The position numbers and the translations under genes are program-made. This document shows, in pieces, positions 49,223-61,985 of a stretch of DNA of 64,000 bases (position 1 is the first letter of the stretch; the number at the start of each line of letters is the position of its first letter). This DNA is from Squalus acanthias. Its lineage: Eukaryota. Location: the NCBI GenBank assembly GCA_030390025.1, contig CM059433.1, positions 26,538,001 through 26,602,000 of the forward strand, in the 5' to 3' direction. The notes under the pieces are model-generated. The model saw only the letters and a program-made list of their open reading frames with translations, was not told the origin of the DNA and searched no databases.

Positions 49223-51195
49223 CTACCCTTGTGAATATTTGTGCACTATCTTTCTCTTACACGTGCTCCTACGTGGTGCTTCCCCTGTGGATTCAGCAGA
49301 TGTGCATGGCCCTTGCTCACTTTCTTGCTGCTCCTGTCTCGACATCTTTGGCGGGTGTCCTCTGGGGTTGCGAAACTGTGAGGGCTCGCCAACAGTCTGC
49401 TGCTCCTGCGGCTGTGCAGGGGATGAGACGCCCATCTCAGTTGGGTGAGGACTCTGGTGGGGCTCTGACCGAGGGCTTTGCAGTGGCATGGTTGTTTGAG
49501 CGCTTGGAGAGGAGCCCCCACTTCCTTGTTGTCTGCCACCAACATCCCTCTCATGGGTCAGCCCCACTTCAGAGCTAGCAAGTGGCTTGACAGCACCTTG
49601 CTGCACTTCAGGGGGGCCATGAGGATCGTTTCTGCACTGGAAGTCCTACTCCAGAGGACTTCCATGAAGGTCTGGTTTCTATGCTCAGTAGCTGACCATC
49701 GCTCCTCAAGAGATGCCAGTCTATTCTGAACAATGACCATGTTTTCTACACTCTGGTGATTTAGCTCCTCCTTGGCCGTAGCCATCCTCTCCTCTACTGT
49801 AGCCATCCTCTCCACGGAGGTTGCCATCCTTTCCGTGGTGATGCGTTCATGCGCCAATGACTCCACAAAGGCTCTGCTCATGTTTGCAATGGACTCCTCC
49901 ATTCACTCCACACTCGCAGCGACCCTGGAGACAAAACTTGCCAGAGACTCCTGCATCTGTTCCTGGTGTTCCAGCACCGCTGATCTTATGGATGGACCCA
50001 GAGGCAGAGGGTCGACATGCAGCTGAGCAGAGCTGGGAGAGTCCTGCGCCCTCCGACTAGGACTCTCCACTGCTGGCCCTGTCTCCACTCTCTGCTGATG
50101 CTCACTTGTGAGCTGTGATACACCAGGTGACAACACTACTCTATCTCGCGATGTTCCCTCCGAGGTGTGAGTGTCTGCGCTGGTGCTGGGTGCGCTGATT
50201 CCTGCTGACGCTGCGCCCTCAGAGGTTGCAGCTTCCTCTGAGGAGTCTTGAGGCTCATGCTCTTCCTCCTGGATAGTGAGGAAGGGTGCTTGCGATGGTC
50301 CTGTGGGGGAGTAAAGGAAAGAGTCAGAGATGTGAGGCCAAGGTTACATGCACATTGCATGTTGCAGATGATCATAAGTCCATCTGTTAGAGCTTCAGAA
50401 TCATTATCAGCGACTCATGCAATATCATTGAGAGAGATGGAAAACTATTCTGTCACCAGTTTGCTGTGATGCGCCCATCTGTCCGTCCCCCACTTGGGAA
50501 TCTTCCTCCATCCCACCATCTCCAGGACTGCCTCCTCCCAGGTGGTGAGCTGGGCTACTGAGGGTGGCCCTCCTCCTGTCCTCACTCTTTCCCTCTTATT
50601 GTGAGCTCTCTTTTCCTGCAATGAGGGAGACAAGTGGAGTTTGAGTGAGAATGAAGGAGTGAGTGCAGAGAATCCATAGCATAGATGCTTAGAAGGAGAC
50701 AAAGATGGAGTGAGGTGGCAAGACCAAGGGCCCTCCCTGTGTGTTGTAAGTTGTAATTGCATCACAGCGATAGGGAGTGTGAGGGCTGCATAGTCGAATA
50801 GTTAGGTGAATGTGACCATAGAGAGAGAGGGAATGGGTAAGGGTGCATGGATGTCAGTGTCAAGTGGGATGTGGAGGAAGAGATTGCTAAAGCTGAGTGC
50901 TGGTGAGGAGAGGCAATGGGGATCAGGTTGAGGGTGATGGGAAATTCATACTCACTTTTCCAGTGCACAGAAGGTCAAGAAGCCTCTTCCTGCACTGAAG
51001 CCAGGTTCTGTGGGTTATTGACAAAGAGTTGACCTCCTCTGCCACCTGGATCCACACAGCCTTGGTTTGCTGGGGAGGCTTCTTCCTCCCTGAAGAAGGG
51101 AAGAGCACCTCTCTGTTTGCTCTTGCTCCCTCTACTAAAGCCTGCAGGGCAACGTCATCAAAGCAGGGTGCAGACCTAGGTCTCTGGTTGGCCAT
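49223..51195 (-). pseudogene. Harbinger Myb/SANT gene; exons 51195-50956, 50615-50457, 50300-49223 (frameshifts and a stop)
   Basis: RSAPCFDDVALQALV...WIQVA...RTWLQCRKRLLDL|GTGAGT; exon 2 EKRAHNKRERVRTGGGP; CAG acceptors; AATAAA near 49165. Confidence 0.9.
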
Positions 51196-51269
51196 TCTTC
51201 CTGCAGGTGCCTCTAACATGCGAGGGCAAAAGCTTGGCAGTCTGCAGAAGAAGCAAGGCTTGTTGCAGA

Positions 51270-51372
51270 CCTTAAATACAGCAGTAATGATGACGTCATC
51301 GGAGGCGACTTTCAGACTGGAAAAACTCACTGGCCATGGGTTCCCACACGTTGGAACTCAATTGGCCAATTA
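51270..51372 (-). promoter_or_regulatory. Putative Myb promoter: CCAAT, CRE palindrome, TATA-like box
   Basis: ATTGGCCAAT at 51361-51370, GATGACGTCATC at 51289-51300 and TATTTAAG at 51278-51271, about 75 nt upstream of the ATG. Confidence 0.5.
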
Positions 51373-51779
51373 GGTTAAAATGGCATAATTCTCCCATCGA
51401 TTTAGAAACGGGTGGCTAACACGAAATGCGGATTACACGACCCCAGCCCGCCCCAGTATCAAAATCCAGCCTATGCCTCTGTTTATAAAGCCAAGGATAC
51501 CGTACGATTTTTTAACAGTCTTCTCAACATGTCCCGCCAGCATCAAAGATTTGTGTACGTACACCCCCAGGTCCCTCAGCTCCTGCACCCGCTTTAAAAT
51601 TGTAACATTTAGTTTCTATTGACTCGCCTCATTCTTCCTACCAAAATGCATCACTTCACACTTCTCTGTGTTAAATTGCATCTGCCATGTGTCTGCCCAT
51701 TTCACCAGTCTGTCCGTATTCCCCTGAAGTCTGTTACTATCCTCATCGCTGTTTACTACATCAAATTTTCAACTTAAAA

Positions 51780-52545
51780 TATTAACATAAAATGTCTGAC
51801 ATACATTGACATAAAAAGGTTGATTTAATATGCATTATGGAAACGAGAAGTTAGCCTGGGTTAGAAACTTAGACAGGCACTTCACTGCAGACAGATCGCC
51901 AAGGCAACAATGGTAAGACATTCGTCAGAATCGGCTAGCTGGAAATTTTAACGAGATAAGGGGGAAGAACAGGGCTTTTATCTGTTATTAACCACAAGAG
52001 TTAAGCAAGAGTGAGTAACAAAATAGATTAGATTATAGCATATGATTTTAATACTACAAGAACTAACATAATTAGCAGTAGGCAGCTTAGTCTTGGGATA
52101 ATGAATTACTGAAGAAAAGTAACTGAATGCTGCCAGGTACCAAGAAATGAGTCTTTGTAAATCACAGATAAGAGAAGTCCCAGCTGCTGTTGCTAGCTTC
52201 CCGCCAAAACCAGGGCAGAAGTCAAAGAAGGGTCAGGTGATATAGATGGATCACTATAGGGTATAAAATTGAGAGCACACTGGAGAGGAGGGTGTAGTTT
52301 GAATTTAAGACAGCGGAGATCAACCTCAGGGCATCCCAGGTTCCATCCAGCGAGTTGATTCTTGTAAGTACCTGGATGCACGGGACTTGTATGTTTACTA
52401 TGATTGAGGTATCAATGTAAGATAAGGCAGAAGCTAAATCTTGTACTTCTTAATAAAGTATTAAAGTTGCTGCAACTAGACTGTCAGACCTATTAATTAA
52501 TAAGATTAGCAGGAGTGGCTATATTCATACAGTTTTACGTTAACG
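51780..52545 (+). mobile_element. Probable solo LTR (~770 bp)
   Basis: Imperfect terminal inverted repeat TTAACRTAAAA(C)TGT, TATAAAA at ~52263 and AATAAA at ~52452. Terminal TG/CA and TSD are degenerate. Confidence 0.5.
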
Positions 52546-53647
52546 AAAGAACTTTCCTTTTCCTAGTCACTATCAGTCTAAGCACTAGAGCCATAAACCC
52601 ACCTCCAAAATCCAAGGAATCCAATGTAATTGAGTGCAAAGAATTTGCTATATATGTGTTGATATCTTACTATTTATGAACAGCTTAACCAACTCAATAT
52701 TTCTTTTATGGAAACTGTTGGTACTTTTTGTAGAACCTCTGGTTACGAATTAACTTGGGAAAAGACCTTGCCTATTTCCAAAATGTGTCAGAAAATTATA
52801 TCCATAAGTGGTCTTTTAGATAGGCTTTAGAAGGATATAAATATTATGGGGTTTGACTTAATTGCAGAGAACAGATTACTGGTCTGTGTCAGAAATAAGA
52901 TATGGAAAAGTGCATAAAGTGAATTGAATGAAATTAAAATAATTATGATCATATTGGTTAGAAACATACGAACATATGAAATTGAGAGGCAGGAAAAAAT
53001 AAGCTGGTCCATCAAGCCTGCCCTACGCCGTGATGGCAGGAGCATCATGACTAAATGCTTCTTCCCTACACCATCGCTCCATCTCATCCCATTCCTCCTC
53101 TCCCCGATCACCCCCTCCCCCGCAATCCCTCAGCCAAGTGATGTCCTCGGAGAGGAAAAAAAAAACAGAGAAAAAAACCCAGGGCCAATAAGGAAAAGAT
53201 ATTCTGGAAGAGTCTTCTCCGACCCCCTCAGGTGGTCAAAACCAGCCCAAGAGATCACATGGACTAAGTGTTATATATGATGCGATCTCTTCTTCAGTCA
53301 GGAACCGGTCCAGCTCCCTCTTGAAGGCAGAGAGTCGGCACTCACTGCAACAATGTTCTCACTGAGAGGTTAACTCGTACTGTTGGGGAGAGTTTAAACT
53401 AATTTGACAGGGGGAGGGGAACCAGGAAATAGCAGAAATGAGATCAGTGGACAGAGAGATATAAACTGCAGCAAAATTAGAAATATCCCGAAAATTGCAG
53501 AGACCAGATTGAGGAAAATAGCAAAAGTAATGAAGGAGGTATTAAATTGTATGTACATCAATGTCCGTAGTGTAACTAATAAGGTTGGTGAGCTGCAGGC
53601 ACAAATTGCTACATGGCATTATGACGTGGTTGCATTAACAGAGACAT

Positions 53648-55435
53648 GGGCCGGAATTTTGCCGGCACTGAGAGGACGGGATCGGAGGCGGGTCAGCTGT
53701 GAAATTTGAAATGATTGACAGTGGGTCGGGACCCCCGCTGTCAACGCGCCTCCACGCTAGTCTCCCAGGTGTCGGCTCTGTCAGCACTGAATAGACCCAA
53801 CACCAAGTGGCGGGGGAGGCAATTTAGATAATTTGCTGGATTGTTAAGAGGCAATTAAGCATTATTTTAAGCTCACCTTTAGATTTTTAGTGGTCACCAA
53901 TGGCTTCTCCGTTACTCAGGGTTCACGTCAGGTAAGGAGGTCGGGTGTTGTGTCAGCATGGGATGATTTACTAACTTGACAGCTGCAAATGGTCTATAAA
54001 AGCTCCCATTTCATAGGTCTTCACTTTCCAAGGTTAGAAGCTGTTGCTTACTGCATTTGGAAGATAGATTGAGCTTTATGCAGCTAGCAAGTGTTGGAGC
54101 AAACTCTCTATCCAGTGTCACCTCATTGGAACAACCTCTCTCACCATTGACAGATCGCTTCTGTCATCTCAACCTCACCTGTCATCTATTCCATCAGCAT
54201 CGGTGCCCTTGAAAAAATCTCACCTTGGTCCTCAGAATCCCACCACGATCAGCCCCAACACAAGCATCACCAGGCACACCAGCAGCACCAACCACACCAA
54301 CCTTCTCCGTAATCAGCTGATGCTGCACAGGACACAGGGCATCAGCACCCGACCACATTGCTGCCCAGGAGACTAGGGATGGCATCACCATGGCCAGATT
54401 TACTTCACTTGACGCTGTACACTCTGGCTGCCACATGATGCGCCAGGTTGGCACCACCCCACACCAACACCATATAGCATCGCTACAATGCCAAAGCCAT
54501 TCCTTTCATACTCATCGCCATTGCAGGGGGGTACCGTTATGTCTCACCATTCACTGCAACTCACTAAGCCACTTCCAAAGATGCACACGAATCTGTCCAA
54601 GAACGCAAAGTGTTGAAAATAAAGGTTTCAACGTTTGACAGCACATTAACAGAAACTTCTCATGAACATTGGCTAAAACACCCAAGTGCCTACCCTTGTG
54701 TGTTGTTAGTTGGTATGATTGGACTAGGATGAGGGTGAGTGTGAGGGGTGGCTAGTGAGATGGGGAAGTGATAATGTAGATAGAGAGGGATGGGTGGAGG
54801 TGCAAGGTAAGTTGGTGTGAGTAAGGATGTGCAGGGGTAGGGTAGGGAAGGCAGAGTGATGGGGATGTGATGAGTGGTACAGCAGGATGAGGTTGAGTGT
54901 GGCTTGGCAGTAACATTTCGTGATCTACTGAGATCATTGAAAGGTTCGTGCCACTGCCGCCTGATCCTCCTGACGACATCCCTGCTTGTGACCTCCTGTG
55001 CAATGTGCAACCAGGCTGCGTTGATCTCTTCGGGAGGTCTCTTCCGTCCATTGGAAGGGAAGAGAACCTCCCTGCATGCTGTGACTCCCTCCATAAGCAT
55101 ATGGAGGGAGTCATAGGAGAGCCTGGGTGCAGCCGTCCACCTCTGTGCAGTGCTTGTCAGTGTTTGCAGCACCTCAATGCTGTAAAACACTGATAGCATA
55201 ACTGTCAAAGACAATTTGGACGTGGCTCCTTTAAGGAAACCGGCTGATGACGCGTCATCAAATGATGTCCTCAGACCCGCTTCCTTTTAATTGGCTGGGA
55301 ACCTCACTGGGCGGGCTTAATAAGCCCAATCATCGTAAAATCACTTCAACAGAGCGGGCTGGAGCAGGCAGCGGACTGGGACCGCGCTATCGATCCCGGC
55401 CGCCTCGGACACACCTCGGTAAGCGAAATCACGGC
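53648..55435. mobile_element. Internally deleted Harbinger (Myb exon 1 on the minus strand, ~54910-55150)
   Basis: GGGCCGGAATTTTGC ... GCGAAATCACGGC with TSD CAT. AAPRLSYDSLHMLMEGV...AWLHIA...FNDL matches the Myb at 51195. Confidence 0.8.
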
Positions 55436-55839
55436 CATGGCTCAAGCAAGGCCAGGAATGGCTTCTTAATATTCCTGATTACCAAGCATTCAGGAATGAT
55501 AGAGAAGAAAAAAGAGGAGGGGTGTGGCAGTATTGATTAAGGATGATGTTAAAATTCTAAATAGAAAGGACATACTAGATGGTTCTAGAACAGAATCTAT
55601 TTGGCTTGAGTTGAGGAACAGAGGGGTACTGTTACATTGCTGGGAGTTTTTTTATAGAGCTCAAACAGTGAGTAGGTGATAGATGAGCAAATGTGTCAGC
55701 AAATTTCAAAGGTATATTACAAAAATAGTAATATTAGGAGACTTTAATTATCCTAATATAAACTGGGAAAAACATAATGCTAAGGGGAGGGAAGGAGAGG
55801 AATTTCTGATACGTGTACAGGAGAACTTTTGCGATCAAT

Positions 55840-56501
55840 GGCCCTGAAATTCGCCTCTCCGGCTTGCCGCGGGGGTAAGGATCGCGCGCGCACTTACCTA
55901 CCGCTCCTGCCGTTGACCTCTGAGCCCACGGGAACTTCAGCTCCTGGGCCTCTCCCAACTGCCGGCGCGCAGTGCTTGTGTGTCCCAGGGGCGCAGTTAG
56001 TGCGATGCGTCCCCTGGGCTGAAATCGGCCCCAAAAGAACAGCTAAACTTAAAATAATTTTTTTTAAAACCATCACATTTATAAAATAACTATAAGTTAA
56101 ATAAATTAACTACTTTAAACAAAAAATTAAAATACTTTTTAACAGTGCTAAAAATAAGCTTACCTTTCTTTAAAGTATCTAAAGATAAACCTGTTGAAAA
56201 AATGTTTAAATTATAATTAATTAACCACTTACCTTGTTGAAAACGGGTCCTGCGCCTCCTTTTTAAAGCGTAGGTTCTTCAATACTTACCCTCCCGTAGA
56301 AACCTGAAAAAAACCCTAAGTTTGCTGCGTGCGCGCAGCCTCTACCGCGCACGCGGTTCACCTAGGAACTGCCCCCTTCATCAGACCGGAAGTTCTGGTT
56401 TCCCGCGCATGCGCAGTGCATGCAGGAAACCGGCACTTCAGGATGCCTTACGGGTGAGTACACAGTGCGTACTCACCCAGCAAGTGCTGAATTTTTGGCC
56501 C
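55840..56501. mobile_element. Harbinger MITE, family B
   Basis: GGCCCTGAAATTCG ... GAATTTTTGGCCC with TSD AAT/AAT. Homologous to 26013-26771. Confidence 0.85.
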
Positions 56502-58101
56502 AATATGTCTCCAGTCCAACAAGGAAGGAAGCAGTGTTGGATCTGGTTCTGGGAAATGAAGTAGGACAAGTGGAGTGTGTTACAGTCGGAGATCTAGCGA
56601 ACAGTAACCACAACATAATTCAGTTTAAAGTATTTGTGGAAAGAGACCACAAAATATCAAAGGTAAAAATGCTTAACTGGGGAGGAGCTTTTTTCAGTGA
56701 TTTAAAAAGGGAACCAGCACAGGACAGATTGGAAAGGCGATTGCAGGGTAAAGCAGTAACGGAGCAATGGAGGGCATTCAGGGAAGAGATAGTTCAGGTA
56801 CAAGCTAGGCATATTCCTTTGAAGGGATCAGGTAGAGCATCCAAAGCTAATGCACCCTGGATGACAAAGGAAATAAAAGTTAAAATAAAACAGAAAAAGA
56901 AGGCTTATGACAAATGTCAGGAGCAAGATTCAGTTAATAACCAGGAAGATTATGGAAAGTACAAGTGGGAATTGAAAAAGTTAATACAGAAGGAAAAGAG
57001 AGGTTACAAGAAAAGATGAGCAGGCAACATTAAATTGAACCCTAAAACACTTTATGAACATATAAAGTGTAAGCGGTTAGCTAGGGAAATAGTTGGACTT
57101 ATTAAGGATCCAAAGGGAAATCTTCATGTAGAGGCAGAGGACATGGCTAAAGTATTAAATGAGTACTTTGCACCTGTCTTCATAAAGGAAGTAGATAATG
57201 TGAAGGTTACACTAAAAGATGAGAGGAAAGTTATGGACAGGATAGTAATAGATTGAGAAGACGTACTAAAAAGATTAGTATTACTGAAAGTTGGTAAGTC
57301 ACCTGGTCCGATGGAATGCATCGTAGGTTGCTGCAAGAAGCAAAGATAGAAATAGCAGAGGCATTGGTCACAATCTTTCACTCCTCATTGGATACAGGAG
57401 AAGTCCTGGAGGACTGGAGGGTTGCTAATGTTATACCACTATTCAAGAAAGGGGAGAGGGATAAACCAGGAAACTACAGGCCAGTCAATATAATATCAGT
57501 GGTGGGAAGTTATTGGAAGCCATTATCAGGAACAAAATAAACTTTCATTTGGAAAGGCATGGGTTAATAAAGGAGCGCCAGCATGGATTTGTTCAAGACA
57601 AATTGTGTCTGACTAACTTGTTGAATTCTTTGATGAAGTAACAGAGAAGGCTGATCAAGGTAGACCAGTAGATGTACTTTCGGAAGGCATTCGACAAAGT
57701 GCCACACAGGAGGCTTATCAAGAAGATGGAAGCCCATGGAATTAAAGGGAAAGTGGTGGTGTGGATACGAAATTGGCTCAGTGACAGGAAGCAAAATGTA
57801 GTGGTGGATGGATGTTTTTCAGACTGGGAGGTGACCTTGCAATGAACTTGCAGTGGTGTTCCCCAAGGGTCAGTTTTGGGTCCATTATTCTTTTTAATTT
57901 TTATAAACAACCTAAATTCGGATTGTAAGGAGCAGCATTATAAAATTTGCAGGTGATACGAAACTTGGCAAAGTAGTAGATAGTGATGAGGATGGTTTTA
58001 GGCTTCAGGACATTACAGACAGGATGGGGAAATGGGCAGAAGTATGGCACATGGAGTTCAATGCACAGAAGTGGGAAGTGATGCACTTTGAGAGGACTAC
58101 T

Positions 58102-61100
58102 AATAACAACAACAACTTGTATTTATATAGTGCCTTTGACATAGTAAAACATCCCAGGGCGCCTCACAGGAGTATTAAAAGACAAAAAAATTAGACACCG
58201 AGCCACATAAGGAGAAATTAGGGCAGATGACCAAAAGCTTGGTCAAAGAGGTAGGTTTTAAAGAGTGTCTTAAAGGAAGAAAGAGAGGTAGAGAGGCGGA
58301 GAGGTTTAGGCAGGGAATTCCAGAGCTTAGGGCCGAGGCAACAGAAGGCACGGCTGCCAATGATTGAGTGATTATAATCAGGGATGGTCAAGAGGGCAGA
58401 ATTAGGGGAGCGCAGATATCTCGGGGGTTTCTGGGGCTGAAGGAGATTACAGAGATAGGGAGGGGTGAGGCCAAGGAGAGATTTTCTTTTTATTCATTTG
58501 TGGAATGTGGGCGTTGCTGGCAAGGCCAGCATTTATTGCCCATCACTAATTGCCCTTGAGAAGGTGGTGGTGAGCCGCCTTCTTGAATCGTTGCATTCCA
58601 TGTGGTGAAGGTACTCCCACAGTGCTGTTAGGTAGGGAGTTCTAGGATTTTGACCCAGCGACGATGAAGGATCGGCAATGTACTTCTAAATCAGGATGGT
58701 GTGTGACTTGGAGGGGAACTTGGAGGTGGTGGTGTTCCCATGCGTCTGCTGCCCTTGTCCTTCTAGGTGGAAGAGGTCGCGGGTTTGGTAGGTGCAGCCA
58801 AAGGAGCCTTGGCGAGTTGCTGCAGTGCATCTTATAGATGGTACACACTGCAGCCACGGTACGCCGATGGTGGAGGGAGTGAATGTTTAAGGTGGTGGAT
58901 GTGGTGCCAATCAAGCAGGCTGCTTTGTCCTGGATGATGTCGAGCTTCTTGAGTGTTGTTGGAGCTGCACTCATCCAGGCAAGTGGAGAGTATTCCATCA
59001 CACTCCTTACTTGTGCCTTGTAGATGGTGGAAAGGCTTTGGGGAGTCAGGAGGTGAGACATACTCCGCAGAATACCTAGCCTCTGACCTGCTCTTGTTGC
59101 CACAGTATTTATGTGGCTGGTCCAGTTAAGTTTCTGGTCAATGTTGACCGCCAGGATGTTGATGGTGGTGGATTCGGCGATGGTAATTCCGTTCAATGTC
59201 AAAGGGTGCTGGTTAGACTCTCGCTTGTTGGAGATAGTCATTGCCTAGCAATTATGTGGTGCGAATGTTACCTGTCACTTATCAGCCCAAGGCTCAACGT
59301 CACCCAGGCCTTGTTGCATGCGGGCATGGACTGCCTCATTATCTGAGGAGTTGTGAATGGCACTGAACACTGTGCAGTCATCAGCGAACATCCCCATTTC
59401 TGACCTTATGTTGGAGGGAAGGTCATTGATGAAGCAGCTGAAGATGGTTGGGCCTAGGACACTGCCCTGAGGAACTCCTGCAGCGATGTCCTGGGGCTGT
59501 GATGATTGACCTTCAACCACCACAACCATCTTCCTTTGTGCTAGGTATGACTCCAGCCAGTGGAGAGTTTTCCCCCCGATTCCCATTGACTTCAGTTTTA
59601 CTAGGGCTCCTTAATGCCACACTCAGTCAACTGCTGCCTTGATGTCAAGGGCAGTCACTCTCAACTCACCTCTGGAATTCAGCTCAAAAAAGGGCAGGAT
59701 TGGGTACTAAGTATTCCTGGCTGTAATGAGGTCGGGAGCTGAGTGGTCTTGGCGGAACCCAAACTGGGCATCAGAGAGCAGGTTATTGGTGAGTAAGTGC
59801 CGCTTAATAGCACTGTCGATGACACCTTCCATCAATTTGCTGATGATTGAGAGTAGACTGATGGGGTGGTAATTGGCCGTATTGGATTTGTCCTGCATTT
59901 TGTGGACAGGACATACCTGGGCAGTTTTCCACATTGTCGGATAAATGCCAGTGTTGCAGCTCTCCTGCAACAGCTTGGCTAGAGGCGCGGCTAGTTCTGG
60001 AGCACAAGTCTTCAGCACAACAGCCAGGATGTTGTCGGGGCCCATAGCCTTTGCTGTATCCAGTGTGCTCAGCCGTTTATTGATATCACGTGGAGTGAAT
60101 CGAATTGGCTGAAGTCTGGCTTCTGTGATGGTGGGGATCCATGGAGGAGGCTGATATGGATCATCCACTCGGCAGTTCTGGTTAAAGATGGTTGCAAACA
60201 CTTCAGCCTTGTCTTTTGCACTCACGTGCTGGGCTCCACCATCACTGAGGATGGGGATATTCATGGAGCCTCCTCTTCCCGTTAGTTGTTTAATGGTCCA
60301 CCACCATTCACGACTGAATGTGGCAGGACTGCAGAGCTTTGATCTGATCTGTTGATTTTGGGATCACTTAGCCCTGTCTATAGCATGCTGCTTCCGCTTT
60401 TTAGCATGCATGTAGTCCTGTGTTGCAGCTTCCCCAGGTTGGCACCTCATTTTTGGGTACGCCTGGTGCTGCTCCTTGCATGCTCTTCTACACTCCTTAC
60501 TGGACCAGGGTTGGTCCCCTGGCTTGATGGTAATGGTAGAGTGAGGGATGTGCCGGGCCATGAAGTTACAGATTGTGGTGGAATACAATTCTGCTGCTGA
60601 TGATGGCCCACAGCGCCTCATGGATGCCCAGTTTTGAGCTGCTATATCTGTTCTGGATCAATCCTATTTAGCCCGGTGATAGTGCCACACAACACGATGG
60701 AAGGTGTCCTCAGTGTGAAGACGGGACTTCGTCTCCATAATGACTGTGTGGTGGTCACTGCTACCAATACTGTCATGGACAGATGCATCTGCGACAGGTA
60801 GATTGGTGAGGATGAGGTCAAGTAGGTTTTTCCCTCGTGTTGGTTCTCTCACCACCTGTGGCAGGCCCAGACTGGCAGCTATGTCCTTCAGGTCTCAGCG
60901 ATCTCAGTCAGTAATGGTGCTACCGAACCAGTCTTGGTGATGGACATTGAATTCCCCCACCCAGAGTACATTCTGTACCGTTGCTACTCTCAGTGCTTCT
61001 TCCAAGTGATGTTCAACATTTGAAAATAAGGATGAGAATTTTGAAATCGAGGCGTTGCTTAACCAGGTGTCACTGTAAGTCAGTGAACACAGGGGTGATG

Positions 61101-61424
61101 GGTGAACAGAACTTGGTGCAAGTTAGGACACAGGCAGCCGAGTTTTGGATGACCTCAAGTTTACCTGGGGTAGAATGTGGGAGGCCAGCCAGGAGTGTGT
61201 TGGAATAGTCAAGTCTAGAGGTAACAAAGGCATGGATGAGGGTTTCAGCAGCGGATGAGCTGAGGCAAGAGCGGAAACGGGCGATGTTACGGAGGTGGAA
61301 ATAGGCGGTCTCAGTTATGCCACGGATATGTGGTCGGAAGCTCATTTCAGGGTCAAATATGACACCAAGGTTGCAAACAGTGTGGATCAGCCTCAGACAG
61401 ATGTTAGGGAGAGAGATGGAGCCA
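58102..61424 (-). mobile_element. L2 LINE 3' portion split by a HER1-type LINE
   Basis: (GTT)n tail at ~58105. AAETLIHAFVTSRLDYSN and SPITPVFTDLQW at 61021-61400. Confidence 0.85.
58483..61020 (-). mobile_element. HER1-type LINE ORF2 (EN C-terminus + RT + tail)
   Basis: PTRGKNLLDLIL, SDHHTV, KAMGPDNI, QFGFRQDHS, GVPQGSVLGP and FADD motifs. Same tail as 36638-36702. Confidence 0.9.
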
Positions 61425-61985
61425 GTCATAGAATCATAGAATGGATACAGCACAGAAGGAGGCCATTCGCCCATCGAGCTGGTGCCAGCTCTCTGCAAGA
61501 ATGCCACTCTGTGTGCCTTCCTCCAGTCCGAAGAACAACCGTTCACCATTACACTCTGTTTCCTGTCACTTAGCCAATTTTGTATCCATGCTGCCACTGT
61601 CCCTTTTAGTCCATGGGCTTCAACTTTGCTGGCTATTATGTGGCACTTTATCAAACGCTTTTGGAAGTCCATGTAAACCACATCAACAGCACTGCCCTCA
61701 TCAACCCTCTCCGTTACTTCAACAAAAAACTCAATTAAGTTAGTTAAACATGATTTGCCTTTAACAAATCCGTGCTGGCTTTCCTTAATTAATCCACACT
61801 TGTCCAAGTGACTGTTAATTTTGTCCCGGATTATCATTTCTAAAAGCTTCCCCACTACTGAGGTTAAACTGACTGGCCTGTAGTTGCTAGGTATATCCTT
61901 ACACCCTTTTTTGAACAAGAGTGTAACATTTGCAATTCTCCAGTCCAGTGGCACCACCCTCATATCTAAGGAGGATTGGAATATT
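61425..61985 (-). mobile_element. CR1 fragment with internal deletion (RT N-terminus fused to 3' UTR)
   Basis: DWRIANVTLLFKKG, NYRPVSLTSV and SQHGFVKGKSC joined at ~61505 to a CR1 tail (ATTCTATG)n. ORF 61070..61963 is a CR1/L2 chimera. Confidence 0.85.

Larger units (their letters stand above)
45929..51471 (+). mobile_element. Full-length two-gene PIF/Harbinger transposon (~4.3 kb without the nested CR1)
   Basis: TIRs (G)GGCTGGATTTT / AAAATCCAGCC, 3-bp TSD TAT, and convergent transposase (+) and Myb (-) genes. Confidence 0.95.
45344..51760 (-). mobile_element. CR1 3' portion split by the Harbinger at 45929-51471
   Basis: FSLEQRRLR and FFTQRVV motifs with a (ATTCTATG) tail at ~45345. Sequence rejoins as GTACTC-TAT-GCCTCT. 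Confidence 0.9.
53375..58100 (+). mobile_element. CR1 LINE (end of ORF1 plus ORF2 EN/RT), decayed, split by two Harbinger inserts
   Basis: CMYINVRSV...LTETW, GDFNYP, PTRKEAVLDLVL, APWMT, NYRPV and GVPQGSVLGP motifs. Confidence 0.9.

Noticed and set aside
34140..56420. Other CTGATGA occurrences (e.g. ~34145, ~38184, ~40215, ~56380) as hammerheads
   Set aside because: No stem II followed by GAAA and a cleavage triplet with stem I closure.
61070..61963. 297-aa ORF
   Set aside because: Chance read-through of CR1 RT, CR1 3' UTR and L2 fragments.
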